In this document: piece after piece, positions 9,307-19,683 of the stretch
Layout: every line of letters begins with the position of its first letter
How positions within the stretch are numbered: the stretch's first letter is position 1
Assembly: GCA_037441675.1 (NCBI GenBank)
Contig: JBBIRS010000004.1
Location: 1-64,000 of the forward strand
Direction: 5' to 3'
DNA length: 64,000 nucleotides
Origin: Planctomycetales bacterium
GTDB taxonomy: Bacteria; 4484-113
The notes under the pieces: model-generated
What the model saw: only the letters and a program-made list of their open reading frames with translations
Databases searched by the model: none
Told to the model about the DNA's origin: nothing
Position numbers and translations under genes: made by a program

Positions 9307-10587
9307 GTGGAAATACTAAACAGCGACACGCCAAACAGTTTCGTATTATATTTATTTAAGGTGAAACAGGAAACCATTAATGAGGTGACCAGCAGGTTCC
9401 CAGGGATTTACATCCACATTCCATTCTGCACGCGGAGATGTTATTACTGTGACTTTGCAACCTGGGGGCAAAATGAGCTTCCTAAGGCGCTCACTTATGA
9501 CAACTACACCGACCTGCTTATTCAAGAGATTAAGATAGTGCTTAACGAAGCGAGAAAAAACAAAGACCCCCCCTTTTCCGAAACTCCGCTTAGTGCGGAT
9601 ACCCTTTACTTTGGTGGCGGGACGCCATCTTTAATGCCAGTTCCTTACCTAGAAAGGATTGTGAGAGAACTTCATAATAGCTTTGACTTATCCACACTTT
9701 CAGAGTTCACCCTAGAGGTAAACCCAGAGACGCTAAGCAGAGAAAATTTATCCGCATGGCTTGCGCTTGGCATAAACAGGCTTTCCATTGGCGTGCAATC
9801 ATTGAAAGACGAGTCTTTACTAAAGCTAGGACGAGTTTACACTAGAAGGCAGGTTCTTGAATCACTTAACGCAAATGCTGAATTGCTTGCCAAATTTGAC
9901 ATATCCTTTGACTTACTCTTAGGCGTAGCATGGCAGGACGAGAGTCAGGTTTTATCCGACCTGAAAGAGCTTCTGACTTTTGAGCCAAAGCACTTTTCCC
10001 TTTACGGATTGAAAGTGGAGGAAGGAACACCCTTCGAGAAATTAATTAAATCCTTGCCAGAGCTTGCGCCAAACGATGATAGAATTGCGGACGAGCTAAT
10101 TATGGCGGAGGAGCTACTCGCTAATTATGGCTTTATCCGCTACGAGGTGAGCAATTTTGCTAGGAAGGACTACTGGTCTAGGCATAACCTGAAGTACTGG
10201 CTGATGGTTCCCTTTTGGGGATTTGGACTTTCCTCCGCAGGATTTGACGGTAGAGCCCGTACATATAACCCACCTGACTTTCAGCTTTACCAGAAGAGAA
10301 TAATGTTCGGAACTCCCGCATGGGAAAGAATTGAAATCCTCTCTAATGAAGAAATAGCTTATGAAACCCTTATCCTTGGACTGAGAACTCACTGGGGAGT
10401 TGAGATGAATTGTCTTAAACAGCTTGGATTGGAAATTCCTGACAGTAACCTTGAAAAGTTGGAACGAGATTATACCGAACTCCTTAGATTAGAGAATGGG
10501 CGACTCGCCTTAACTGAAAAAGGCATGAACGTCGCTCATTCCGTTATTGCCCTTCTGTATAGCTCTTCCGTATTGCCCCGTTCGTAA
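9307..10587 (+). CDS. hemW: Radical SAM heme chaperone HemW (HemN-like)
   Basis: YIHIPFCTRRCYYCDF, YFGGGTPS, YEVSNFA and SRHNLKYW motifs; start uncertain (possibly GTG 9361 or 9385). Confidence 0.88.
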   Translation: MEILNSDTPNSFVLYLFKVKQETINEVTSRFPGIYIHIPFCTRRCYYCDFATWGQNELPKALTYDNYTDLLIQEIKIVLNEARKNKDPPFSETPLSADTLYFGGGTPSLMPVPYLERIVRELHNSFDLSTLSEFTLEVNPETLSRENLSAWLALGINRLSIGVQSLKDESLLKLGRVYTRRQVLESLNANAELLAKFDISFDLLLGVAWQDESQVLSDLKELLTFEPKHFSLYGLKVEEGTPFEKLIKSLPELAPNDDRIADELIMAEELLANYGFIRYEVSNFARKDYWSRHNLKYWLMVPFWGFGLSSAGFDGRARTYNPPDFQLYQKRIMFGTPAWERIEILSNEEIAYETLILGLRTHWGVEMNCLKQLGLEIPDSNLEKLERDYTELLRLENGRLALTEKGMNVAHSVIALLYSSSVLPRS

Positions 10588-10686
10588 TTATGCAGGCAGG
10601 TATTCTACCTACAAAATGCTTCAATAGCTTTAATAAGGATGTATTCGGATAAGAAATAGTCTTTTTAGACTATATTTAGTAACTAA

Positions 10687-11222
10687 ATGGCAGAAGATGT
10701 TTTTTATGTTAGACTATTTTTGTGTTCAAGCTTTGTATAGGACCGCATAGTTCACTCTCAGCCGACGTTAACCGATTATAACTGGAAATTCGATGACGGT
10801 AGTGAAATCCAGCTGACATATATGGGTAGAAATGTCTGCGCCAAGTGTCACCAGCTAGCAATGACAGTTTGGCAGAATTCTCCTCATTTACGGTTTATGA
10901 AAACCCTAGTTGAAGCACTCTCTGATAAAGACAAGGTTTGCTTGGGATGCCATACGACTGGCTTTTATTTCCGTTCAGGTTATATCGCAAACGGCTTTAG
11001 AGATAAGAAGCTTTCCCTTGTAGGGTGTGAAGCTTGCCATTGATCGGGCTCATATCACGTCAATAGGCGAATAAACCAAGGGAAACATGCATCATTAGCG
11101 AGTAATACCCCCCCCAGACTGAATTTCCACAAAATCCTAAGAATGCTTGTAAAGACTGTCATACAACAATCACAAGCCCCGGATTTGATTACGAGATATA
11201 CGGGAAGAAAATTGTTCACTAG
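10687..11222 (+). pseudogene. Tetraheme cytochrome c554-family pseudogene
   Basis: CAKCH, CLGCH and CEACH, then TGA (11041) where Gly is expected; frameshift in or near the C8 run 11108-11115; then CKDCH...SPGFDYEIYGKKIVH*; also TAG at 10738. Confidence 0.8.
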
Positions 11223-11262
11223 GATATGCTGAGAAATGACTAAGTGAATAGGAGGAAAAGTA

Positions 11263-11726
11263 ATGAAAAAATTTTTAAGTAAAAGTCGGCTATTCGTAAG
11301 TCTCATAGTCTTGCTATATTTTTTATTATTGTTGTAGAACAAGGAAGGGTTGTTACAGCCCCTGGATGTTGTAACTATTATGATTCTGAGATTTTTCCAG
11401 TGGAAACTGGTTTGTGGTATCCACCATGGGTACCCTCTCACTACTATAGGAGTGGAATTACTCTAAGCGAGTTGTCTCCAGAGGATTGCAAAGTGAAAAT
11501 TCATCACTAAACTTGCCTGACCGATTGTGGATTATGTCCACCGGGAAATAAATGTTAGGAATTGGGACAAGATATGCCAATCGCATCGTGGAATTCAAAT
11601 TGCGAACTTTGGGTTTTTTAGCAAGGATTGGCTAGACCTTGCACCATATTATTTAGAATAGAGAAAAGGACGAGCGGGCAGTATTGTATGTTAGTTACAA
11701 ATTGTATGTGTAACAATCCTCACTAG
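11263..11726 (+). pseudogene. Degraded Cys-rich secreted protein gene
   Basis: AGGAGG RBS, then signal-like MKKFLSKSRLFVSLIVLLYFLLLL; Cys-rich fragments in several frames interrupted by stops. Confidence 0.45.
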
Positions 11727-11792
11727 GGAGGTTGCACTGGTTTTGGATACTTTCAGGTTTAATTAAATACAATTTAACTAGTGGAGGAAACT

Positions 11793-12830
11793 ATGAGAAG
11801 ACAAATTAAAAAAGGAAAATGGGAGCCTATAAGATTTACTCTTGCGATTTTGAGTCTTACTTTACTGGTAGTATTTCTTGTTGATGGGTGTATCTTAGGC
11901 TCATTAAATTCAGTTAGAAACAAGTCTGCAGAACCCAACAGTTTAATGGCAGTGCTTTAAGCAATTGGAGAATGGGCAAAGAAGATTGCCAATAACAAAG
12001 AAAGTAGTGCCGGCAGGTCACAAGTTGTTCTAGAACACAACCACGCGAAGACGCTTCTTAACTCTATTGCGAGGTTTGTTGTTCTTAACAACAGGTTTCC
12101 TAGAGATATAGATGAACTACGCTAGGGAGGTTATCTTTTCTTTGATTTCCCTTTTGAGAGCATAATCTTATAGTGGAATGTGTATCAGGACACGTTGCAT
12201 ATTCAATACATTGAGCGTTCGGAGAAAGATGCACCTTGTAAACCGTGGGGTATTAAAGTTCTTCTTTCCGGGTCAATAGCTGAACAACGTCGTAGAGAAG
12301 GGTCAATTAAAGTTGAGGTTAGATTCTCTCGTTCTTTGCCTTGGAATTATCGCGGTTTCGCTGAAGATGATATTGTTTCCGGACGCTACCCGGCGTATAA
12401 CCGGGACAGATATAGAATTCTAACAAGGGATGTCAGAGAATACGCCCAACTACTTTGAAGAGAAGATCTGTGTTATTTCTTGACCGCATCAGCCCTTGAA
12501 GACGCAAATAACCACGACCACTACCCACTTTCAGCTGAGGATTTACTTAACCTCATTGAAGCACCTTTTACAGAGAAGGGATGGATTCCTCCACTTGGTA
12601 ATAAACCTGTTAGGCTCGTTAATGTGTACGTTGGGAGTAAAAGAGCTTATGAGTTATTTGACCAAGGTAAAACATTTACCGCATCTGTGCCAGTCTATGG
12701 TGCTGGAAGAGACAACCTTGAAGAAAGGTACCTCAATATGGGATACTGGCCACTCGGACTAAAAAATCGGGAGTATTACCAATTGACGAGAAGTTTCAAT
12801 CCAATGCTGTCACAAGGTTTCTTCTATTAA
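11793..12830 (+). pseudogene. Membrane-anchored protein pseudogene (one frame, four internal stops); pseudopilin-like motifs
   Basis: GGAGG RBS and ATG 11793; stops TAA 11958, TAG 12123, TAG 12171 and TGA 12456 all in frame with ORFs 12180 and 12480; RFPRDIDELR*GGYL and HYPLSAEDLL. Confidence 0.7.
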
Positions 12831-13012
12831 AACCCTATGCCAATTGAAGGGCCCAGCTAAATTCGCTAGTAAAAACTTCTCGATGCAAATTAAAATTGTT
12901 TATAGGAGTTGATAACTTCGCAAGGCGCGCTAAGCAGTCGGGTTTGTAGGATTAGGAATAATTAAGGCTACTTGTCTCCGAAAATTAGGAGATTACAAAG
13001 GGAAATTACGAC

Positions 13013-13432
13013 TTAGGCGCGTTCACCGGAAAAGGTACCTGAAGCGGTCGTTGTAGACCATACGCCAGTGATGGTGTCTCCACTTACATTTCCCACAAAG
13101 GTTGCAATGGCTTCGCCATCAGAAACAACGGCAAAGCTAAATGCGCCGTCATTTTCAATGGTTCCACGAACTTCACCGGAGACGTAATCCACTGCGCCCC
13201 CAACCTCAAGACTTCCAGCGTAATTCTTGCCAGCCTGATTGATGGAAAGGGCAAAGTCTGAATCCTCAGAGCCCGTTAAAGTGATTTTGCCTGTCCAACC
13301 ACCACCAAAATCGGGACCGGAGTATGGACCGGTTGAGAAGGAAAACTCCCTTCCGCCTTCTCCGGAACAAGCGGAGACAAGAATTACCACCATCACCACA
13401 AGGGGCAGAGTTAACAACAACTTTTTAACCAT
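13013..13432 (-). CDS. Hypothetical lipoprotein (beta-rich)
   Basis: Lipobox VSAC and AGGAGG RBS; W-x-G strands. Confidence 0.8.
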   Translation of the reverse strand: MVKKLLLTLPLVVMVVILVSACSGEGGREFSFSTGPYSGPDFGGGWTGKITLTGSEDSDFALSINQAGKNYAGSLEVGGAVDYVSGEVRGTIENDGAFSFAVVSDGEAIATFVGNVSGDTITGVWSTTTASGTFSGERA

Positions 13433-13682
13433 TAAAAAACCTCCTTCTTAAAAATGAAACAAGGCTCGGCGAGCCTTAGATAAGATTATATCACAAGTCT
13501 TTCAATTTCACTACCCATTCGTCAGGGAAGGGAAAGCCTAAGCACCCTGATGGAGTTTGAAAGTGACCAGGCCTTCGGTAAGGCAACAGTTCCATTCTTA
13601 CAGATATGAATGTAAGTGGTGCGCAAGACGTCTAATATTTATATTGCTGGTTGTATAGTTCGCAAATAAAGGAGGATAAACT

Positions 13683-14165
13683 ATGAAAACAACAGTAATG
13701 AAAATAATAAGAAAGTCTGGTTTATATTTGTTGATTTTTATTGCTATTATAATTGCCCTTATAGTTTTCGTGACGGGAATTGGCAATTTGCGCTTTGCGC
13801 AGGCTAAAGCTGGTATCGGGGATGTTATCAAAGGTGGAGCAATAGCAGTGGCGGTTAGGCAGTTTGGAGACGAGCTAAATGATTTTCTCAATACTGTGAC
13901 AGTAAACAATAATGTACCTGCCAACGCGGACACGAAGGTTGTTCCCATTATATCTGCGGGCAGCGGAGCTTACGTAGGTGCAGCTCAGGTCATAGGTACG
14001 AGGGATGCGGTCGCAAAGGTAAACGCGGTAGTCCAGTTTGAGGCGAACTTCAAGGCAAGAATGTTTCGCGCAAAAGTTCTTGTGCCTGTCCAGGCGGAGA
14101 GCGCAAAGGATTTAGACAGAGTTGAAGGTGTCGGCATCTCAGCTGTAGTTGATGTCAAGTTGTAG
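13683..14165 (+). CDS. Conserved hypothetical exported protein
   Basis: AGGAGG RBS, signal peptide, and TKVVPIISAGSGAYVGAAQV and RVEGVGISAVVD motifs. Confidence 0.8.
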   Translation: MKTTVMKIIRKSGLYLLIFIAIIIALIVFVTGIGNLRFAQAKAGIGDVIKGGAIAVAVRQFGDELNDFLNTVTVNNNVPANADTKVVPIISAGSGAYVGAAQVIGTRDAVAKVNAVVQFEANFKARMFRAKVLVPVQAESAKDLDRVEGVGISAVVDVKL

Positions 14166-14242
14166 CTGAACTTATCTTGATTCTCCTCGCAAAGTTTTCA
14201 GGCGAATGCAATTTTGCCTCAATCGTTGATATACTCTAGTTC

Positions 14243-16045
14243 GTGTCATTTGTTCCAGCCAAAACTATAGTATTTTCCAAAAAGGGGGTTGTTTCAGCAG
14301 GGCATTATCTCGCGGCGGAGGCGGGACTGCGCATTTTGCAGGCAGGCGGAAATGCGGTGGATGCTTCGGCAACTATGTGCTTTTGTATGAACGTCCTTGA
14401 GCCTCATATGAATGGCATTGGTGGAGAAGCGCCAGTGTTGATTTACATCGCTAAAGATAAGAAAGTTTACGCAATTTCAGGGCAGGGATGTGCACCACTG
14501 GCATTGACAATTGATTTCTTTCAGCGAGAAGGGCTTGACTTAATCCCAGGCGATGGGTATCTTCCTGCCTGTGTTCCAGCTGTCGTTGATACTTGGGCGG
14601 TAGCACTTGCGCGCTTTGGGACGATGAGCTTTTCCGAAATCCTTAAACCCGCAATGGAGCTTGCGGAGAACGGATTTCCCATCTACGAGCGCTTAAGAAA
14701 CGCAATTGAAACCAACAAGGAAAAGTTCCTTGAACGTTACCCCACAACCGCTCGGATATTCTGCCCTAACGGCAAAGTTTTCGAAAAGGGTGAACTGCTG
14801 AGAAATCAAGAGCTTGCATATACCCTTAGAAAAATGTGTCAAGCGGAAGAAAAGGCGAAAGTTAATGGTCGTATCTCAGGAATAGAATCCGCACGAGATG
14901 TTTTTTATAAGGGCGAAATTGCAGAGAGAATCGTTGAATTCATCCACGAGAATCCCGTGCTAGATGCCAGTGGAAAGGAGCATCAAGGGCTTCTAACTTT
15001 GGAAGACTTCTCTAAATGGCACGCGGAGATTGAGGAGCCGATATCATTGGAATACAAAGGCTTAACTGTTTGGAAGTGTCCAAGTTGGACGCAGGGTGCA
15101 GTTTTCTTGCAACAGCTCGCAATCCTTGAAGGTTTTGATCTCAAAACAATGCGGCACAACTCTGCGCAGTATCTTCATACGCTGATTGAAACCTCCAAGC
15201 TTGCCTTTGCGGACAGAGAAGCATATTACGGCGACCCGAAGTTTGATGAAGTTCCACTGCCAAAACTCTTGAGTAAAGAGTATGCCGTGATGAGATGTGA
15301 AATGATAAATAACGCCGCTTCAATGGAGATGCGCCCCGGAGATGCTGGAAAGGGCATCCCGAATTATGCGAAAAACTTTAACGTAGCAGAGAATAATCGC
15401 AAGGCATTGAAGGTACACGCAAGTGACGCGCAAGATATCGGTTGGGGACATACCTACAAAGGTGATACGGTTTACCTCTGCGCGGTGGATGCGGAAGGCA
15501 ATATGGTGTCTGCGGTTTCAAGCGGAGGCTGGATACAGACTTCCCCAGTTATTGCAGGGTTAGGATTCCCGCTTGGGACGAGAGCCCAGATGTTTTATCT
15601 TAACCCAGAACGTCCCAACGCTCTAGCCCCGTGCAAGCGCCCTCGCACAACTCTCACGCCATCATTAGTTACCAAAAACGGGAAACCATTTCTGGTGTTT
15701 GGAACTCCTGGTGGAGATAGCCAAGACCAGTGGTCACTGCAGTTTTTCCTCAACCTCGTGGAATTTGGAATGAGATTGAAAGAAGCTATTGAAGCACCGA
15801 CGGTTCACAGCGTGCATTTCCCGAGCAGTTTCTATCCGCGTGAAGCATTTCCGGGTAGACTCGTGGCGGAAGGAAGGATACCTCCAGAGGTTATCGCTGA
15901 ACTTGAAAAGCGCGGGCATGAGGTGGAAGTTGCTGGCGAATGGGCGCACGGACAGGTTCAAGCCATTCTGATGGAGGCTCATAGCGGTGAAATTTCTGGC
16001 TATTGCTCCTGTAGACGCGGAACTGGATTAGCGATAGGCTGGTAG
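14243..16045 (+). CDS. Gamma-glutamyltransferase family protein (YwrD/HpxW-like)
   Basis: GGNAVDA, EPHMNGIGG, KLAFADRE, GDT nucleophile, RPRTTLTP and GTPGGD motifs. Confidence 0.93.
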   Translation: MSFVPAKTIVFSKKGVVSAGHYLAAEAGLRILQAGGNAVDASATMCFCMNVLEPHMNGIGGEAPVLIYIAKDKKVYAISGQGCAPLALTIDFFQREGLDLIPGDGYLPACVPAVVDTWAVALARFGTMSFSEILKPAMELAENGFPIYERLRNAIETNKEKFLERYPTTARIFCPNGKVFEKGELLRNQELAYTLRKMCQAEEKAKVNGRISGIESARDVFYKGEIAERIVEFIHENPVLDASGKEHQGLLTLEDFSKWHAEIEEPISLEYKGLTVWKCPSWTQGAVFLQQLAILEGFDLKTMRHNSAQYLHTLIETSKLAFADREAYYGDPKFDEVPLPKLLSKEYAVMRCEMINNAASMEMRPGDAGKGIPNYAKNFNVAENNRKALKVHASDAQDIGWGHTYKGDTVYLCAVDAEGNMVSAVSSGGWIQTSPVIAGLGFPLGTRAQMFYLNPERPNALAPCKRPRTTLTPSLVTKNGKPFLVFGTPGGDSQDQWSLQFFLNLVEFGMRLKEAIEAPTVHSVHFPSSFYPREAFPGRLVAEGRIPPEVIAELEKRGHEVEVAGEWAHGQVQAILMEAHSGEISGYCSCRRGTGLAIGW

Positions 16046-16070
16046 TAGAATCTTTCTGACGGAGTAGTTT

Positions 16071-16436
16071 ATGCCTTATAAGATTGGAGCGAATGGATAC
16101 TTTGAGGCAGCAGTGAATCTGCCAGGACTTGGCATAGGTGAAAGACTTCATGGGCATAGCTATAAGGTTGAGGTTGAGCTAAGGGGTGAAGAAGTGGATA
16201 ACAGGGGAGCGCTGATGGACTTAGCTGAGCTTAAAGGTAAACTTGACACGTGCTTGAAAAACCTGAATTTTCAACACTTAAACACGCTTCCCGCATTCAA
16301 GGATAAGAGCCCAACCTGCGAGAATATCGCTAAGTATATCCTTGATACGTTAAAAACTGACAATTCACTCGCTCGGTTTAACCTGTCAGTGAAGGTCTGG
16401 GAGAACGAGTTTATGTGGGGATCTTGCGAGGAATAA
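16071..16436 (+). CDS. 6-pyruvoyl-tetrahydropterin synthase family (PTPS-III-like)
   Basis: ERLHGHSY, LN, PTCENIA and VWE motifs; lacks the QueD Cys. Confidence 0.8.
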   Translation: MPYKIGANGYFEAAVNLPGLGIGERLHGHSYKVEVELRGEEVDNRGALMDLAELKGKLDTCLKNLNFQHLNTLPAFKDKSPTCENIAKYILDTLKTDNSLARFNLSVKVWENEFMWGSCEE

Positions 16437-16504
16437 ATGTACGTATCCTGTTTCACGCTGTCTAATAAAGCTCTGTCGCTCTAGCCAAAATAGTTTTAGC
16501 CTAA

Positions 16505-17878
16505 CTAAAACTCTGTCTTTCCGCTGAAGTTGAATTTTTCAACTTTTATCTTAGGCACAACCGCGCCTCCACCAAAGAACGATGAGGCTAAGCGCTGGCT
16601 TCTGCTCATGCCGACGCAGTTTTCAAGCGCCTTCAATATGTTTTGCGTGAATCGAAAATTTGTCAGTCCCTTGGTAATTTTGCCATCTTCGATTAAGAAT
16701 GTTCCATCCCTCGTCATTCCAGTAATCACAGTTTCTTTTGGATCAACCACATTAGTGTAATGAAAGCGTGAGACAAGAATACCTCGCTCCGTGCTTGAGA
16801 TAAGCTCACCATCACTCGCAGTTCCACCAAACAACACTAGGTTTAACGGCAGTGGGAAATCCATTCCTAAATGATGTCCTGTAGATTCAACACCATCCTT
16901 CTTCGCTGTCTTCCAATTATGGGCGTAGCCCTTCGCCACACCATTTTCAATCAAGACTATCCTCTTCTTTGGCACGCCTTCAGCATCAAAGGGTAGCCCA
17001 AGGGTCCTTTCGTCACTGGCATCATCAATTATCGTGATACAATCACCGGTAATTTTCTCGCCAAGCTTACCGTACATAAAGCTCTCCTTGTCCTGATAGC
17101 TTTTTGCCGAGAAACCTAACCAGGATAAGAACATCATCATTGTCGCCACACATTCTTCTTCTAGCACGACAGTATACTGACCGAAAGGCAAGTCCTTGTA
17201 AGGGTTCTTAGATGCTTCAGCCTTATTTAACGCCCTTTGGGCAGAACCTAAAATGTCCAAATCTGAGAAATTGCGCTTAAAATCTTCTGCATAACCACTA
17301 CTAGTTTCTCCGGTATATAGAACTGTGAACTTGGTAGAAGACGTGTTGCAACCGACGCGAATCCCATGCGAATTTGCCACAACGAAAGTAATAGCGGAGT
17401 TTGCCAGCACTCCTGCGGCGTTGTAGGAATCTCCCCCTAACTTAAAAACATCCAAAAGTGCCTTTGCGCGAGAGATAGGCGAAAGACTCGCGGTATCTTC
17501 AAAGTATTCAACTTTGAAAGGATAAGTAAATTCACCCTGTGGAAGTCCCGCAAAGTCTTCATCCGCAGGCGATAGGCGCGCTATAGCGCAAGCATCATCC
17601 ATCACTTTCCTAACGCCTTCCTTTGTGAGCAAGTTCCCCGAAGCCTTAGCAACTCTCTTGCCATAGGCGGCACGCACCGTGACTGTGGCGTTTCTCTCAA
17701 AGTTGTTTTGGTGAATTTGAGAATTCGCAAAGCGGGTAAGCGCCTCATCCTGCGCAACAATAACTATCTCAGTTTCATCAGCGCGTGACCATTTAAGAGC
17801 TTCATCACAGATAGTGAAAATATCCGCTTCAAGTTTTCTCGCACGCTCCTTAGTCAAGTAATACTCTTTGTCAGACAT
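16505..17878 (-). CDS. pmbA: TldE/PmbA family protein
   Basis: TRFANSQIHQN, PFDAEG, STGH, TGMTRDG and NFRF motifs; follows tldD. Confidence 0.9.
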   Translation of the reverse strand: MSDKEYYLTKERARKLEADIFTICDEALKWSRADETEIVIVAQDEALTRFANSQIHQNNFERNATVTVRAAYGKRVAKASGNLLTKEGVRKVMDDACAIARLSPADEDFAGLPQGEFTYPFKVEYFEDTASLSPISRAKALLDVFKLGGDSYNAAGVLANSAITFVVANSHGIRVGCNTSSTKFTVLYTGETSSGYAEDFKRNFSDLDILGSAQRALNKAEASKNPYKDLPFGQYTVVLEEECVATMMMFLSWLGFSAKSYQDKESFMYGKLGEKITGDCITIIDDASDERTLGLPFDAEGVPKKRIVLIENGVAKGYAHNWKTAKKDGVESTGHHLGMDFPLPLNLVLFGGTASDGELISSTERGILVSRFHYTNVVDPKETVITGMTRDGTFLIEDGKITKGLTNFRFTQNILKALENCVGMSRSQRLASSFFGGGAVVPKIKVEKFNFSGKTEF

Positions 17879-17930
17879 TAGTCTGTAACCTCTAATTTTG
17901 GATTCAGACTATAAGCACCGTTTCTAAGCT

Positions 17931-19373
17931 CTAGCCCTTTATTCCCACCCGAACGTTCCTAAAGCGGGCGGGAGCACAACCGTGACCTACGTGGGCAGTC
18001 TGAGAAGGCTGACCCTTCCCGCAGTTCGGCGTTCCCCATATCCTCCATTCCTCCGCACCACAAATTCTATCCATACTGCCCCAAAATTCCGGCGTTATAC
18101 CTGTGTAAGTTGGATTTTTCAGCATTCTACCAAGCCTTCCATCCTTTATCTCCCAAGCAATCTCGCATCCAAATTGGAAATTAAGCCTCCTATCGTCAAT
18201 GCTCCAACTTCGGTTTGTTGACATAAACACGCCTTCCTTAGTGTCTGCTATAAGCTCTGCTAGTGTGCCTTCTCTTGGTTCAAGGTTTATATTTGTCATT
18301 CGGATTATCGGAATCCTATTCCATCCATCTGCACGGTTAGTGCCGTTACTTCTCGTGTTCCCTATAATATGTGCGGTCTCCCTGTTCGTCAGATAGTTCA
18401 AGAATATTCCGTCTTTAATGATGTCCACACGTTGAGCGGGAACACCATCATCGTCATATCCGAAGCTACCAAGACCTCTGGGTAATGTCGCATCAGCGAC
18501 AATATGCATAATCTCGCTTCCGTATCGGAATTTGCCCCTCTTTTCTAGGGTGATAAAGCTCATCCCAGCGTAAGCTGCCTCATAGCCTAGAACTCTATCT
18601 AGTTCAATTGGATGCCCAATGCTTTCGTGAATTTGAAGCCCTAGCTGATTTCCATCAAGAATGAGAGTGGTTACAGTATCCGGGCATTCAACCGCGGAGA
18701 GGAGCTGAACAGCTTCTTCCGCAATTCTTGGAGCATTGCCCACAAGGTCAAATTCTCGCACTACCTCAAAGCCTGCGGTGTGAAATTGACCTCGAAAAGA
18801 ATTTGGAAAGCTCCGCTCCTGCAATTCGCCATTTTTGATTGCGACGGCTTGAATTCCAGCACCACATTCAACTATCTCCTGAGTTATGAAACTGCCTTCA
18901 GTATTGGCAAAGGTCTGATATTCTCTAAAAGCGTTATAAAAGGAAAGTCTATTAGTTACCCCCGCAACATTCAACGCTTTGTTCGCCTCTAAAAGAAGTT
19001 TAATCTTCTCTTCAAGACTGACCGCGAATGGGTCTTCTTTCACCTCATTCTTCCAATTATCAATATGCGAAGGCTCAGGAACAAGCACCACATCCTCACG
19101 TTTTGCTAGTGCGGAAGATTCAGAGATTTCCACCGCCAGGCGCGTGATTCGCTCAACCTCGGTTGCTGAGATTTCCCGAGATGATGCAAATCCCCAACAG
19201 CCTTTATGAAGCACTCGGACACCAAAACCAGCCTGCGAAGTCTTCACAAGCTCCTCAAGGTTTTCGTTCTTTATTGTTATTGCCTCTGTTTGCGCTTCAG
19301 TTATACGAATATCAGCGTAAGTAAGTTTCAACCTTTCAGCAATGTTCTTGAAAGCATCTGTTAGTTCTTTCAT
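17931..19373 (-). CDS. tldD: TldD family metalloprotease
   Basis: HESIGHPIELDR, DDDG, RMTN and CGKGQP motifs. Confidence 0.93.
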   Translation of the reverse strand: MKELTDAFKNIAERLKLTYADIRITEAQTEAITIKNENLEELVKTSQAGFGVRVLHKGCWGFASSREISATEVERITRLAVEISESSALAKREDVVLVPEPSHIDNWKNEVKEDPFAVSLEEKIKLLLEANKALNVAGVTNRLSFYNAFREYQTFANTEGSFITQEIVECGAGIQAVAIKNGELQERSFPNSFRGQFHTAGFEVVREFDLVGNAPRIAEEAVQLLSAVECPDTVTTLILDGNQLGLQIHESIGHPIELDRVLGYEAAYAGMSFITLEKRGKFRYGSEIMHIVADATLPRGLGSFGYDDDGVPAQRVDIIKDGIFLNYLTNRETAHIIGNTRSNGTNRADGWNRIPIIRMTNINLEPREGTLAELIADTKEGVFMSTNRSWSIDDRRLNFQFGCEIAWEIKDGRLGRMLKNPTYTGITPEFWGSMDRICGAEEWRIWGTPNCGKGQPSQTAHVGHGCAPARFRNVRVGIKG

Positions 19374-19683
19374 TTCTTTTCTAAGGAGTAAGATTATATG
19401 AGTATATTAGTGGTAATGGCAAGTGAAATGCATATACCGTAGTAACAAACATACATCATATCAATTGAAACAACGTATAAAAAGTACTATACACATTTGC
19501 AAGCAAGCTTCGCTAACGTGAATAATCTGCTGAACCTTTTCCCTAATTCAGAATAATAACAGCCATAGAATTCTCAACCCCATCATCGGGCAAAAGAATA
19601 TTGATAGAATAAGCGATTGAAGCAAACGAAATTAGGCTAAGGAATTCAACCAGGCAAAAACGGAACGCAAAACTAAAGTAATT

